From: a virus
Length of the DNA stretch: 64,000 bases
Strand: one strand, 5' to 3'
IMG/VR virus record: IMGVR_UViG_3300036985_002432
Span: 1-64,000 of that record
In this document: in pieces, positions 1 through 9,542 of the stretch
Layout: each line of letters begins with the position of its first letter
How positions within the stretch are numbered: position 1 is the stretch's first letter
Program-made: the position numbers and the translations under genes
The notes under the pieces: generated by a model
The model's database searches: none
What the model saw: only the letters and a program-made list of their open reading frames with translations
What the model was told of the DNA's origin: nothing

Positions 1-26
1 AGCTAAGAACATAAAAAAAAATCTAA

Positions 27-239
27 ATGAGCTTAACTAATAATTCTTCAAGTATAATGGATACATTCTTATCTAAAGTAAAAGAACAATCTTTTATTAT
101 TATACTAATGCTTGGAGGATTATATTATCAGAACAAACTATTTGAAGAGCAAATAGAAATAATGCGTAATAGAGAAGCATACTTAATTCAGCAAAGAGAT
201 AAGTATGTAGAAGACATAATAAACAATAAAAATAAATGA
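27..239 (+). CDS. Small single-TM protein, possible holin or lysis accessory
   Basis: One hydrophobic stretch (FIIILMLGGLYY) followed by a charged coiled coil; ATGA overlap with the downstream peptidoglycan hydrolase. Confidence 0.45.
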   Translation: MSLTNNSSSIMDTFLSKVKEQSFIIILMLGGLYYQNKLFEEQIEIMRNREAYLIQQRDKYVEDIINNKNK

Positions 240-754
240 GTTATAGTTTTTTAAATACAGAAAAATCTCCTAAGTTACTTGTAGAAGCAGTTAAACTTAT
301 GGGAACAAAAGAGGTTGTAGGAAAAGTTCATAATCCAATTATTATGGCTTGGGCTAAAGACCTTGACTTACAAAAGATTTATACAGCAGATGAGATTCCT
401 TGGTGCGGATTATTTATTGCATATGCTTGTCATAAAGCAGGTATAGATGTAGTAGATAAACCTTTGTGGGCTTTATCATGGGCTAAATGGGGAACGGAAG
501 TTAAAGAGCCTATGCTAGGTGATATACTAACTTTTAAAAGAGATGGTGGTGGACACGTTGGAATCTATGTAGGTGAAGATAAAGATTGTTACCATGTACT
601 TGGGGGAAACCAGGGAAATGCAGTATCAGTAACAAGAATAATTAAATCAAGATTATATCAAGCTAGAAGAACAGCATGGAAAGTTGCACAACCAGCAAAT
701 GTCCGTAAAGTATATTTAGATGCTAAAGGTATTGTCAGTAAAAATGAAGCATAA
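236..754 (+). CDS. TIGR02594-family NlpC/P60-like cysteine peptidase (putative endolysin)
   Basis: DEIPWCGLF (catalytic Cys), GGGHVGIY (His) and VLGGNQ motifs typical of TIGR02594 proteins. Confidence 0.85.
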   Translation: MSYSFLNTEKSPKLLVEAVKLMGTKEVVGKVHNPIIMAWAKDLDLQKIYTADEIPWCGLFIAYACHKAGIDVVDKPLWALSWAKWGTEVKEPMLGDILTFKRDGGGHVGIYVGEDKDCYHVLGGNQGNAVSVTRIIKSRLYQARRTAWKVAQPANVRKVYLDAKGIVSKNEA

Positions 755-912
755 TGAAAATAAGAAACTCTTGGAAATCACGGAATAAGCAATGGGATAA
801 GTTTGCCATTAGATGTAGATTAGGAGCTATAGATTTATTTACTTTAGAAGCAGATATATCTAGAGATTTTTACATGATAACAATATTAAATTTTACACTT
901 AAAAACAGATAA
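754..912 (+). CDS. Hypothetical 52-aa protein (not in ORF track)
   Basis: TAATG coupling with the upstream stop; reads MKIRNSWKSRNKQWDKFAIRCRLGAIDLFTLEADISRDFYMITILNFTLKNR, TAA at 910-912; fills the gap exactly. Confidence 0.7.
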   Translation: MKIRNSWKSRNKQWDKFAIRCRLGAIDLFTLEADISRDFYMITILNFTLKNR

Positions 913-914
913 CA

Positions 915-1139
915 ATGAAAAATTTTAAAGGACTTCACACATATGCTGTAGGAGGAATAAATACAGAAGACTTTGCACCAGGTAACAAAGCACTTACTAA
1001 TATGATAAATTCTAATCCATCTAGAGTACCTGAAGCTATGCCAAATTTTGGTGGTGATAAAAAACCTAAACAAAGTAAAGCAGCTAGAAGAAACACTCCA
1101 AATAAAAACTTTAAAGATAAATGTTTTAAAAGAAACTAA
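915..1139 (+). CDS. Hypothetical protein
   Basis: ORF tightly packed in the operon and followed by a terminator. Confidence 0.65.
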   Translation: MKNFKGLHTYAVGGINTEDFAPGNKALTNMINSNPSRVPEAMPNFGGDKKPKQSKAARRNTPNKNFKDKCFKRN

Positions 1140-1158
1140 TATTGTAAAGTATTACATT

Positions 1159-1189
1159 AACCCAGGTATTCTAAGTATCTGGGTTTTTT
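1159..1189 (+). terminator. Intrinsic terminator
   Basis: AACCCAGGTA...TATCTGGGTT stem followed by a T run, after the lysis operon. Confidence 0.8.
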
Positions 1190-1200
1190 GCATTTAAATG

Positions 1201-1231
1201 TTTGAAGTTTAAACTTATTTAGTTACATTTG
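1201..1231 (+). promoter_or_regulatory. Bacteroidota primary-sigma promoter (-33 TTTG, -7 TAnnTTTG)
   Basis: TTTG at 1201-1204, 19-nt spacer, TACATTTG at 1224-1231: exact match to the Bacteroidota consensus, just after a terminator. Confidence 0.75.
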
Positions 1232-1253
1232 TTTAAACTTTAAAAGTATAACA

Positions 1254-1532
1254 ATGGAAAACCAACAAGAAACTGAATTAACTGTAGAAGAGTTAATGCA
1301 AAAAAAAGAAGAGATGTTACAGTTTTATACTGAATCTCTACCTTATTTAGAAGCACAAGCTAAGTATGAGAAACTACTTGCTGAGATTGATGAGTCTAGA
1401 TTTAAAAGAACTAGTATTCAAATGCAGTATGCTATGATGGCTCAACAAGATCAAGAGCATCAAGAAACTGGAGAAAGATACAAGATGGAGGAAGAAGAAG
1501 TTTCTACAGAAAGAAAATTAAAAAAATCATAA
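1254..1532 (+). CDS. Hypothetical acidic coiled-coil protein
   Basis: First ORF after the promoter; E/Q-rich helical sequence. Confidence 0.75.
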   Translation: MENQQETELTVEELMQKKEEMLQFYTESLPYLEAQAKYEKLLAEIDESRFKRTSIQMQYAMMAQQDQEHQETGERYKMEEEEVSTERKLKKS

Positions 1533-1538
1533 CACACA

Positions 1539-1901
1539 ATGGCATTAGTTAATCAAGTACAGAAACGTGCTGTAATGACTAAGTGGGATGTAATTAAATT
1601 TCAGATAGTCACTCATTGCTATATAAACAATATAACAGTGAGTGATTCTGATCTTAATTGTTTGACTTTACTTAGTACTACAGGACCAATTGAATTAACT
1701 CATTTTTGTTATGATGCTTCTTCAGAAGAAGACCAGATATTTAAATCTGCACAGACTGTAAGAAATGCAGTAAATAAAGCTGAAAAAAATAACTTAGTTG
1801 TAAAAGATACAGACAACAAAAAAGTTATTATGATAAACCCAGATTTAAAGATTCAAGTAGATGGTGATATATTATTAGATTATAAGTTTTTAGGTAGATG
1901 A
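1539..1901 (+). CDS. Putative winged-helix DNA-binding protein (RepL-like)
   Basis: KSAQTVRNAVNKAEKNNLVVK...IMINP pattern resembles a wHTH recognition helix plus wing; RepL-like genes occur near terL in crAss-like phages. Confidence 0.5.
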   Translation: MALVNQVQKRAVMTKWDVIKFQIVTHCYINNITVSDSDLNCLTLLSTTGPIELTHFCYDASSEEDQIFKSAQTVRNAVNKAEKNNLVVKDTDNKKVIMINPDLKIQVDGDILLDYKFLGR

Positions 1902-2287
1902 TTCCCAAGAAACCCAAACTATTATATAAACAACTAGCTGAAGAGACTAACTTAAATGAGACTTTAATAGACAACCTTATAACTTTTTATTACAAAGAAG
2001 TAAGAAGTGAGATGTCAGCATTAAATCACACTAAGATTTATATTGATGGATTAGGACAATTTATTGTTAAATCAAGAACAGTAGATAACTTAATACTAAA
2101 ATATGAAAGAATAATTGCAAAAGCAGATAACTATTCATTCTCTAGTTATCATAATAAAATAAGATTAACTACAAGATTAGAAGAACTTAATGCAGTTAAA
2201 CTTAAATTACAAGAGGATAAAAGTAAAAAACAAAACTTTTTAATTGAAAAAAATGGAAGGAAAACTAACAGCAATCTGGAAGAATAG
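1898..2287 (+). CDS. HU/IHF-like DNA-binding protein
   Basis: LYKQLAEETNL...KIYIDGLGQFIVK resembles the HU/IHF helix-helix plus GxGxF strand. Confidence 0.65.
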   Translation: MIPKKPKLLYKQLAEETNLNETLIDNLITFYYKEVRSEMSALNHTKIYIDGLGQFIVKSRTVDNLILKYERIIAKADNYSFSSYHNKIRLTTRLEELNAVKLKLQEDKSKKQNFLIEKNGRKTNSNLEE

Positions 2288-2561
2288 AAAGCAAATTCTT
2301 GAAGGAGTTAAGAATAGTATTATCCGGGATAAGTTTGTAGAAGAAATTGCAGAACAAAGAATGGTAATATGTCATGCATGTCCTAAAAAAGATATAGAAG
2401 GTACATCATGTGTAATGCCAGGTACTCAACCTTGTTGTTCATTATGTGGATGTTCACTTAGTTTTAAAGTAAGAGCTTTATCTTCAGATTGTCCGGCACA
2501 TAAATGGAAAGCAGTTATTACAGAAAAAGATGAAGACAAATTAAATAACCTTATAGACTAA
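2253..2561 (+). CDS. Cys-rich putative zinc-binding protein
   Basis: CHAC, CSLCGC and CP motifs; ATG at 2253 preferred over TTG at 2244. Confidence 0.7.
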   Translation: MEGKLTAIWKNRKQILEGVKNSIIRDKFVEEIAEQRMVICHACPKKDIEGTSCVMPGTQPCCSLCGCSLSFKVRALSSDCPAHKWKAVITEKDEDKLNNLID

Positions 2562-2562
2562 A

Positions 2563-3396
2563 ATGAGTATAGTATTTAAAGCATCAGATCATAGTTATAC
2601 AAGTATAGATGATTCTGAAGATATATCTTGGGTAAGTGTTACTAGTTTAGTATCACATTTTAAAGAACCCTTTGATTCAGCAGGTGTGGCTAAAAAATGT
2701 GCAAAGAATTCAAAGTCTAAATGGTTTGGATTAACACCTGAAGTAATACAGGATTTATGGAAATCTGAGTCTGAACGGGCTATGAATCTTGGTACTTTTT
2801 ACCACAACCAAAGGGAAACTGATTTATGTAATCTTGCATCTATAGAAAAAGAAGGAATACCTCTTCCAGTATATGTGCCTCAAGAAGTTGAAGGTATTAA
2901 ACATGCACCTGATCAAAAGTTAACTGATGGTATATATCCAGAACATATGGTGTATTTAAAATCAGCTAATATATGTGGTCAATCAGATTTAGTTGAAGTA
3001 GTAAATAATAGAGTACACATAATAGATTATAAAACTAATAAAGAAATTAAGTCAGAAGGATTTAAAAATTGGGAAGGTATTACTAAGAAAATGTTATTCC
3101 CTGTTAATCATTTAGATGATTGCAACTTCTCACACTATGCTTTACAGTTAAGTATTTATATGTATATTATATTAAAGCATAATCCTAAACTATCTGTGGG
3201 TACAATGTATCTACATCATATAGTATTTGAATCATCTGATATTGATCAATGGGGTTATCCAGTTACTAAGTATAATGACATTGGAGATCCAATTGTATTA
3301 GAAGTTATTCCAATTGAAGTACCATATTTAAAAGATGAAGTAATTAGTATTGTTAACTGGTTACATGATAATAAACACAAACTTAAAAAGAAATAA
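2563..3396 (+). CDS. PD-(D/E)XK (RecB/Cas4-like) nuclease
   Basis: SVT...G..H, E...CGQSDL, IIDYKT and YALQLSIY motifs. Confidence 0.85.
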   Translation: MSIVFKASDHSYTSIDDSEDISWVSVTSLVSHFKEPFDSAGVAKKCAKNSKSKWFGLTPEVIQDLWKSESERAMNLGTFYHNQRETDLCNLASIEKEGIPLPVYVPQEVEGIKHAPDQKLTDGIYPEHMVYLKSANICGQSDLVEVVNNRVHIIDYKTNKEIKSEGFKNWEGITKKMLFPVNHLDDCNFSHYALQLSIYMYIILKHNPKLSVGTMYLHHIVFESSDIDQWGYPVTKYNDIGDPIVLEVIPIEVPYLKDEVISIVNWLHDNKHKLKKK

Positions 3397-3398
3397 TT

Positions 3399-3695
3399 AT
3401 GAAGTTATATCAAGTAAGGCACTATGACAAGAATTATCCAGGAAGAACAATCATATTAGGTTATTCAGGCTTAGTATTATTTAGATATAAAGGTAAGATA
3501 CTTGTAAAGATTAAACCAAATAAAAAACTAACCAGAAACTATTCAGAAAGTGAACAAGAATATTTAAAAGGTTATGTTGTAATTAATAATGAAAATTTAT
3601 TTTTTAATCCATATATAGCAACTGGATTTATTGATGGTTTTAAAAAACTATTTAATATAAAGTCTAAACCAAAACCTGTAAATCCTTTTGTATGA
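3399..3695 (+). CDS. Hypothetical protein
   Basis: In operon; ATGA overlap with the next gene. Confidence 0.65.
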   Translation: MKLYQVRHYDKNYPGRTIILGYSGLVLFRYKGKILVKIKPNKKLTRNYSESEQEYLKGYVVINNENLFFNPYIATGFIDGFKKLFNIKSKPKPVNPFV

Positions 3696-3949
3696 TAGTA
3701 GATTGTAAAATTATAATGACAAATTTAAAAGTAAGAGAATTAACTGGACAAGATTCAATTATACTTATGCCTTTTTCTTTTGATATAAGTATGGTTACTG
3801 CATATAGACAATCAGTTGATGATGATAGTATTCCTGAAGAATATAGTGTAATCTATACAGAATACGGAGATACTTACTGTATTGACATATCATATGGTGA
3901 ATTTAATTATATCTACAAAAAATATATAGATGATAATAAAACTATTTGA
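3692..3949 (+). CDS. Hypothetical protein
   Basis: In operon; overlaps both neighbours. Confidence 0.65.
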   Translation: MIVDCKIIMTNLKVRELTGQDSIILMPFSFDISMVTAYRQSVDDDSIPEEYSVIYTEYGDTYCIDISYGEFNYIYKKYIDDNKTI

Positions 3950-4445
3950 CATACAAAATAATGTTATTGTTCCTACAGAACATTGTTATACATTGAAATC
4001 TCTTAAAGATATAATGGATGAGTATCCGGAAGATCATCTTAAGATATATCAATACTTGTTCTACATGACATGTCCTAATCCGGATTTAAATCCATTCTTC
4101 TATACACCGGAGAATGATAAAGAGGATTTAATATTAAAAGAAATACAAGCAGCTTTTTCTCCAGAAGATAAAAGTATATGGACAGCACTACAGTTTTGTA
4201 GAAGAATGTATGAGACACCTACATCAAGAGCATATGCAGGTATTGCAGCTATGTTAGATAGATTAGGTATTTATATGAAGATAACACCTATCACAGATGG
4301 TAGAGATGGTAATATAACTGCTCTTGTATCAGCTGCTAAAAACTATGAAGGTATTAGAACATCATTTAAAGGTGCATATAAAGATCTTCAAGATGAACAA
4401 AAAAGTACAGTACGCGGAGGCCAGGGGCTTGCGTACGATTCTTAA
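3930..4445 (+). CDS. Protein upstream of terL, possible terminase small subunit
   Basis: Position directly before terL and 171-aa helical sequence; function inferred from position only. Confidence 0.45.
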   Translation: MIIKLFDIQNNVIVPTEHCYTLKSLKDIMDEYPEDHLKIYQYLFYMTCPNPDLNPFFYTPENDKEDLILKEIQAAFSPEDKSIWTALQFCRRMYETPTSRAYAGIAAMLDRLGIYMKITPITDGRDGNITALVSAAKNYEGIRTSFKGAYKDLQDEQKSTVRGGQGLAYDS

Positions 4446-4466
4446 CTTACTATTAATCAGATACTT

Positions 4467-6671
4467 ATGGATAATATATACACAGATATACCAACCTGGG
4501 ATAATGGTACTTGGACTACTACATCATTTGAATCAAGAGATGCTTGGAGAGACTATGTATTAACTCTATTTAAGGAACCGGGTCAATATGAATTTGATGA
4601 AGTTACTAATGAAATATTTATTATTGAATCAGCTAAGTTTAGAAAAGATAAAGTATATTGTGTAGCTCCTTTTAAATCTAAAGATTTTATAAACTATTGG
4701 GAAGACCAAAAGACTAAGTGTAGATTAGGAGTATTAATTAAGTCTAAAGATAAAACTTGGTATTTATCAAGAGACTACTACATGTGGTTAAACTTCTTAC
4801 CTATCTTTGATAAAGAACAACAAAAGTTTGACTTTGCTCAAATAAGAGATGCTCAATATCATATGGCTTTATATGAGATACTAGCAGAGTTATTCTATAA
4901 GCATGTTGCTATTTTAAAGAAAAGACAGATAGCTTCCTCATATTTTCATGCGGGTAAACTTATAAATCAATTATGGTTTGAAGCCGGGGTTACTCTAAAG
5001 ATGGGTGCTTCACTTAAAGATTACATTAATGAGAAAGGTACTTGGAAGTTTTTATCAGAATATGCTGCATTCTTAAATGAACATACTGCATGGTATAGAC
5101 CTATGTCTCCAGACAAAGTAATGATGTGGCAACAAAAGATTGAGATTAGAAAAGGAGATAGAAAAGCTGAAGTAGGTTTAAAAGGTACTATACAAGGTAT
5201 GTCTTTTGAAAAAGATCCTACTAATGGTGTAGGGGGACCAGTTAAGTTTTTCTTCCATGAGGAAGCAGGGATTGCTCCTAAAATGAATACAACCTTTGGA
5301 TATATTAAACCTGCACTAAAATCAGGTATGATTACTACAGGATTATTTATTGCTGCAGGATCTGTGGGTGACTTAGATCAATGTGAGCCTCTTAAGAAAA
5401 TGATATTAGATCCTGAAGCAAATGAGATATATGCTGTAGAAACAAATCTAATAGATGATGAAGGTACTATAGGTATGTCAGGATTGTTTATACCAGAACA
5501 ATGGTCAATGCCTCCCTATATAGATGATTATGGTAATAGTTTAGTAGAAGAATCTCTTGTAGCATTAGATGAGTATTTTGAGAAGATAAAGAAAACAATG
5601 GATCCTGAAGATTATCAGTTAGAGATATCTCAGCACCCAAGAAATATAGCAGAAGCATTTAGACATAGAAAAGTATCTAAGTTTCCGTCTCACTTAGTAA
5701 CTGCACAGATAAGAAGAATAGAAGATAAAGAATACGGATATGAGTATCTAGATATCTTTAGAGATGAAACTGGTAAAGTAAAAACAAAGGATAGTAATAA
5801 ACTGCCTATTAGAGAATTTCCAATGACTAAGAAGACTGAAGATAAAACAGGAGTCTTAGTAGTATGGGAAAGACCACAAGGTACTCCTGGGTTTGGACAG
5901 TATTATGCATCAATTGACCCCGTGGCAGAAGGAAAGACAACTACCTCAGACTCACTATGTTCCATATATGTAATGAAAGCTCCTGTAGAAGTAACTAAGG
6001 TTACTGGTGTTGATACTGAAACATATATAGAAGAAGATAAAATAGTAGCAGCATGGTGTGGTAGATTTGATGATATCAAGCAAACACATGAAAGATTAGA
6101 AATGATTATTGAATGGTATAATGCTTGGACAGTAGTAGAGAATAACATCTCTCACTTTATTAATTACATGATATCAAAAAAGAAGCAAAGATACCTAGTA
6201 CAGAAAGATCAAATAATGTTCCTTAAAGATCTTGGTGCTAATAAAAGTGTATTCCAAGATTATGGTTGGAGAAATACTGGAGTACTATTTAAGCATCATT
6301 TACTAAGTTATGTAATAGAATATACTAAAGAAGAATTAGATATTGTAACAAAAGAAGATGGTACTATAGTTAAAACTAAATATGGTATTGAAAGAATTCC
6401 AGATATCATGTTACTCAAAGAAATGCATGCATATGTAGACGGACTCAACGTGGATAGGTTAGTAGCCTTCTCTGCACTAGTTGCTTTTATGAGAATACAA
6501 CAAGCAAATAGAGGATACACTAAGAAAGTAATCATGGATGATGCAGGTAAAAATTTGGAAAAGTCAAAAAATTTGTATAAATTAACTAGTAATCCTTTCC
6601 GTAATTTAGGGAAAGGAATGCGTGTTAATGGAGAGTTATTCAGGAAAAGCGCATTTAAAAATTTTAAATAA
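4467..6671 (+). CDS. terL: Terminase large subunit
   Basis: Walker A-like LKKRQIASS, Walker B FFHEEAG, nuclease motifs SIDPV and DRLVA; precedes the portal. Confidence 0.93.
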   Translation: MDNIYTDIPTWDNGTWTTTSFESRDAWRDYVLTLFKEPGQYEFDEVTNEIFIIESAKFRKDKVYCVAPFKSKDFINYWEDQKTKCRLGVLIKSKDKTWYLSRDYYMWLNFLPIFDKEQQKFDFAQIRDAQYHMALYEILAELFYKHVAILKKRQIASSYFHAGKLINQLWFEAGVTLKMGASLKDYINEKGTWKFLSEYAAFLNEHTAWYRPMSPDKVMMWQQKIEIRKGDRKAEVGLKGTIQGMSFEKDPTNGVGGPVKFFFHEEAGIAPKMNTTFGYIKPALKSGMITTGLFIAAGSVGDLDQCEPLKKMILDPEANEIYAVETNLIDDEGTIGMSGLFIPEQWSMPPYIDDYGNSLVEESLVALDEYFEKIKKTMDPEDYQLEISQHPRNIAEAFRHRKVSKFPSHLVTAQIRRIEDKEYGYEYLDIFRDETGKVKTKDSNKLPIREFPMTKKTEDKTGVLVVWERPQGTPGFGQYYASIDPVAEGKTTTSDSLCSIYVMKAPVEVTKVTGVDTETYIEEDKIVAAWCGRFDDIKQTHERLEMIIEWYNAWTVVENNISHFINYMISKKKQRYLVQKDQIMFLKDLGANKSVFQDYGWRNTGVLFKHHLLSYVIEYTKEELDIVTKEDGTIVKTKYGIERIPDIMLLKEMHAYVDGLNVDRLVAFSALVAFMRIQQANRGYTKKVIMDDAGKNLEKSKNLYKLTSNPFRNLGKGMRVNGELFRKSAFKNFK

Positions 6672-6676
6672 AAGAT

Positions 6677-9427
6677 ATGCAGGTTATCAACGCGTTGCAA
6701 GCTAAGGCTGGTGCAAAAGTAAAACAAAATAGACTGGGTAGTGTTACTCAACCATTACAGTTTATCCCTAAGTCAGAAAAGGATGATCATTGGGCTGCAT
6801 GGAATTTAGATTGGTTAGAGTGGCAAGGACTCAAACAGATCCGTAGAAATGCCCGGAGACTAATGAAAAACTATAAACTTGCTAAAGGTATTATAGATAA
6901 GACAGATTATATCATAGAAGATGATAATGAATATAGAGATATTATAGATACACTTACTAAGGAAGATGCAACAGCATTAGAACTTAAGTTTTATCCTATT
7001 ATACCTAATGTAATTAATGTTCTTGTAGCAGAGTTTGCTAAGAGATCCACTAAACTTACATATAGAGCTGTTGATGAGTTCTCATATAATGAGATGATTG
7101 AACAAAAAAGATCTATGGTAGAAGAGACTTTGATGTCTGAAGCACAAGTTAAAATTAAAAGTGCATTAATGGAACAGGGTTTAGATCCTGAATCAGAAGA
7201 AGCACAACAAGAATTAAGTCCAGAAAAATTAAAGTCATTACCAGAAATTGAAGGTTTCTTTAAGAAAGACTATAGATCAATGGTAGAAGAATGGGCTACA
7301 CATCAACATAAAGTGGATGTTGGCAGATTCAGAATAGAAGAACTAGAGGAAAGAGCATTTAGAGATATGCTTATTACAGATAGAGAGTTCTGGCATATGC
7401 GCATGATGGAGGATGACTATGAAGTTGAATTATGGAATCCAGTATTATGTTTCTATCACAAATCCCCGGATGCAAGATATATATCACAATCTAACTTTGT
7501 AGGTAAAACTGATATGATGACTGTAGCAGATGTTATAGATAGATATGGATATCTTATGACTATGGAGCAAATGGAGTCCTTAGAAGCTATCTATCCTATA
7601 AGATCAGCAGGTTATAACATTGGTGGATACCAGAATGATGGTACTTTCTATGATGGTACTAAGAGTCATGAGTGGAATACTAACATGCCTTCACTAGGAA
7701 TGCGTCAATTAACTACTGCTATGGCTAACTCAGCACATAATGGTGGAGATGTTATCAACTATATTTTATCAGAAGGAGAAGACTACTATGAACAAGGTAC
7801 AGCATACTTATTAAGAGTATCTACTGCATATTGGAAATCTCAACGTAAAGTAGGACATCTTACTAAAGTAGCAGATAACGGACAAGTTACTGTAGAGATA
7901 GTATCAGAAGAATATAAAGTTATAGATAAACCTATATATGATACTAGGTTATTTAAGAATAAAACTAAAGACAATGTAATTCATGGTGATCATATTGATT
8001 GGATATGGATTAATGAAGTATGGGGTGGTGTAAAAATTGGTCCTAATATCCCATCTTTCTGGGGTATGAACAACCCTGGAGGATTTACTCCTATATATGT
8101 AGGTATAGATAAACAAATGATTGCACCACTTAAGTTTCAATTTAAAGGTGATAGCAGTATCTATGGATGTAAATTACCAGTAGAAGGTGCTGTATTCTCA
8201 GATAGAAATACTAAGTCAACTGCATTACTAGATTTAATGAAACCATATCAAATTGGTTATAACATTGTAAACAATCAGATAGCAGATATATTAGTAGATG
8301 AACTAGGTACAGTTATCTTATTGGATCAGAATGCATTACCAAGACACTCAATGGGTGAAGATTGGGGTAAGAATAATCTTGCTAAAGCTTATGTAGCAAT
8401 GAAGAATTTTCAGATGCTTCCATTAGATACATCTATAACTAATACAGAGAATGCATTAAACTTCCAACATTTCCAAAAATTAGATTTAGAACAGACTAGT
8501 AGACTTATGTCTAGGATACAATTAGCTAATTACTTTAAGCAACAAGCTTATGAAGTAATTGGTGTTAATCCTCAACGTATGGGACAACAGTTATCTCAAA
8601 CTACAGCAACTGGAGTTGAGCAAGCAGTATCTGCATCATATGCACAAACGGAAGTATACTTTATACAACACTGTGATTATTTAATGCCAAGAGTACATCA
8701 GATGCGTACAGACTTAGCACAGTATTATCATTCTACTAAACCATCTCAAAGACTTACTTATATGACAAGTGCAGATGAGAAAGTAAATTTTGAAGTACAT
8801 GGTACTGACTTAATGCTTAGAGACTTAAATATATTTTGTACTACTACTGCTAATCATAGAGCAATACTAGAACAGTTAAAATCTATGGCTTTGCAAAATA
8901 ACACTACAGGAGCTTCTATATATGACTTAGGTAAAGTAGTACAATCAGAATCTATTGCAGAACTTAATCATGTACTTAAAGCTTCAGAAGAGAAGACTAA
9001 TCAAATTAAACAACAAGAACAACAACAACAACAACAAATGCAACAAGAAATGCTTGCATCTCAAGAGAAACAAAAACAAATGGATATCCAAGCTAGAGCA
9101 GAAGAACAAGGTAAACAACTTGAAAATAATGTGGTTGTTGCTGAAATTAGAGCTTCTGGATATGGTGCATCTGCTGATGTTAATGAAAATCAAATGTCTG
9201 ACTATCAAGATGCTATGAAAGACTTACGTCAAACTGAACAGTATCAAGATCAAGTACAACTAGATAGACAAAAAGAAAGTAATAAAACTTTTAATCAGAA
9301 TTCCAAGAATGAGATTGAAAGAGAAAAAATTCAGGCACAAAGAGAGATAGCAGATAAGCAATTACAAGTAGCACAAACAAATAAAAATAGATTTGACAAG
9401 GGTGGTAGTAAAGATAAAAAATCTTAG
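6677..9427 (+). CDS. Portal protein (crAss-like)
   Basis: 916 aa directly after terL; YPIIPNVINVL and LMKPYQIGYN segments; Q-rich C-terminal coiled coil. Confidence 0.85.
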   Translation: MQVINALQAKAGAKVKQNRLGSVTQPLQFIPKSEKDDHWAAWNLDWLEWQGLKQIRRNARRLMKNYKLAKGIIDKTDYIIEDDNEYRDIIDTLTKEDATALELKFYPIIPNVINVLVAEFAKRSTKLTYRAVDEFSYNEMIEQKRSMVEETLMSEAQVKIKSALMEQGLDPESEEAQQELSPEKLKSLPEIEGFFKKDYRSMVEEWATHQHKVDVGRFRIEELEERAFRDMLITDREFWHMRMMEDDYEVELWNPVLCFYHKSPDARYISQSNFVGKTDMMTVADVIDRYGYLMTMEQMESLEAIYPIRSAGYNIGGYQNDGTFYDGTKSHEWNTNMPSLGMRQLTTAMANSAHNGGDVINYILSEGEDYYEQGTAYLLRVSTAYWKSQRKVGHLTKVADNGQVTVEIVSEEYKVIDKPIYDTRLFKNKTKDNVIHGDHIDWIWINEVWGGVKIGPNIPSFWGMNNPGGFTPIYVGIDKQMIAPLKFQFKGDSSIYGCKLPVEGAVFSDRNTKSTALLDLMKPYQIGYNIVNNQIADILVDELGTVILLDQNALPRHSMGEDWGKNNLAKAYVAMKNFQMLPLDTSITNTENALNFQHFQKLDLEQTSRLMSRIQLANYFKQQAYEVIGVNPQRMGQQLSQTTATGVEQAVSASYAQTEVYFIQHCDYLMPRVHQMRTDLAQYYHSTKPSQRLTYMTSADEKVNFEVHGTDLMLRDLNIFCTTTANHRAILEQLKSMALQNNTTGASIYDLGKVVQSESIAELNHVLKASEEKTNQIKQQEQQQQQQMQQEMLASQEKQKQMDIQARAEEQGKQLENNVVVAEIRASGYGASADVNENQMSDYQDAMKDLRQTEQYQDQVQLDRQKESNKTFNQNSKNEIEREKIQAQREIADKQLQVAQTNKNRFDKGGSKDKKS
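9011..9046 (+). repeat. (CAA)n low-complexity tract encoding poly-Gln in the portal tail
   Basis: caacaagaacaacaacaacaacaacaaatgcaacaa. Confidence 0.7.
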
Positions 9428-9542
9428 TTAGCTATATAGTGCCAAAAATAATTTTTAAAATAATGAATATTTTAAATTTTAGAAGTTTATTTGTATAGAA
9501 TTATGTATATTAAATTAATAACCAATAATAATAACCAACAAT

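Noticed and set aside
2563-3396. CRISPR-Cas association of the Cas4-like nuclease
   Set aside because: No repeat-spacer array or other cas genes seen, and the four-Cys Fe-S pattern of Cas4 is not evident
4467-6671. Intein or intron in terL
   Set aside because: Continuous ORF with ATPase and nuclease motifs at ordinary spacing; no splicing motifs seen
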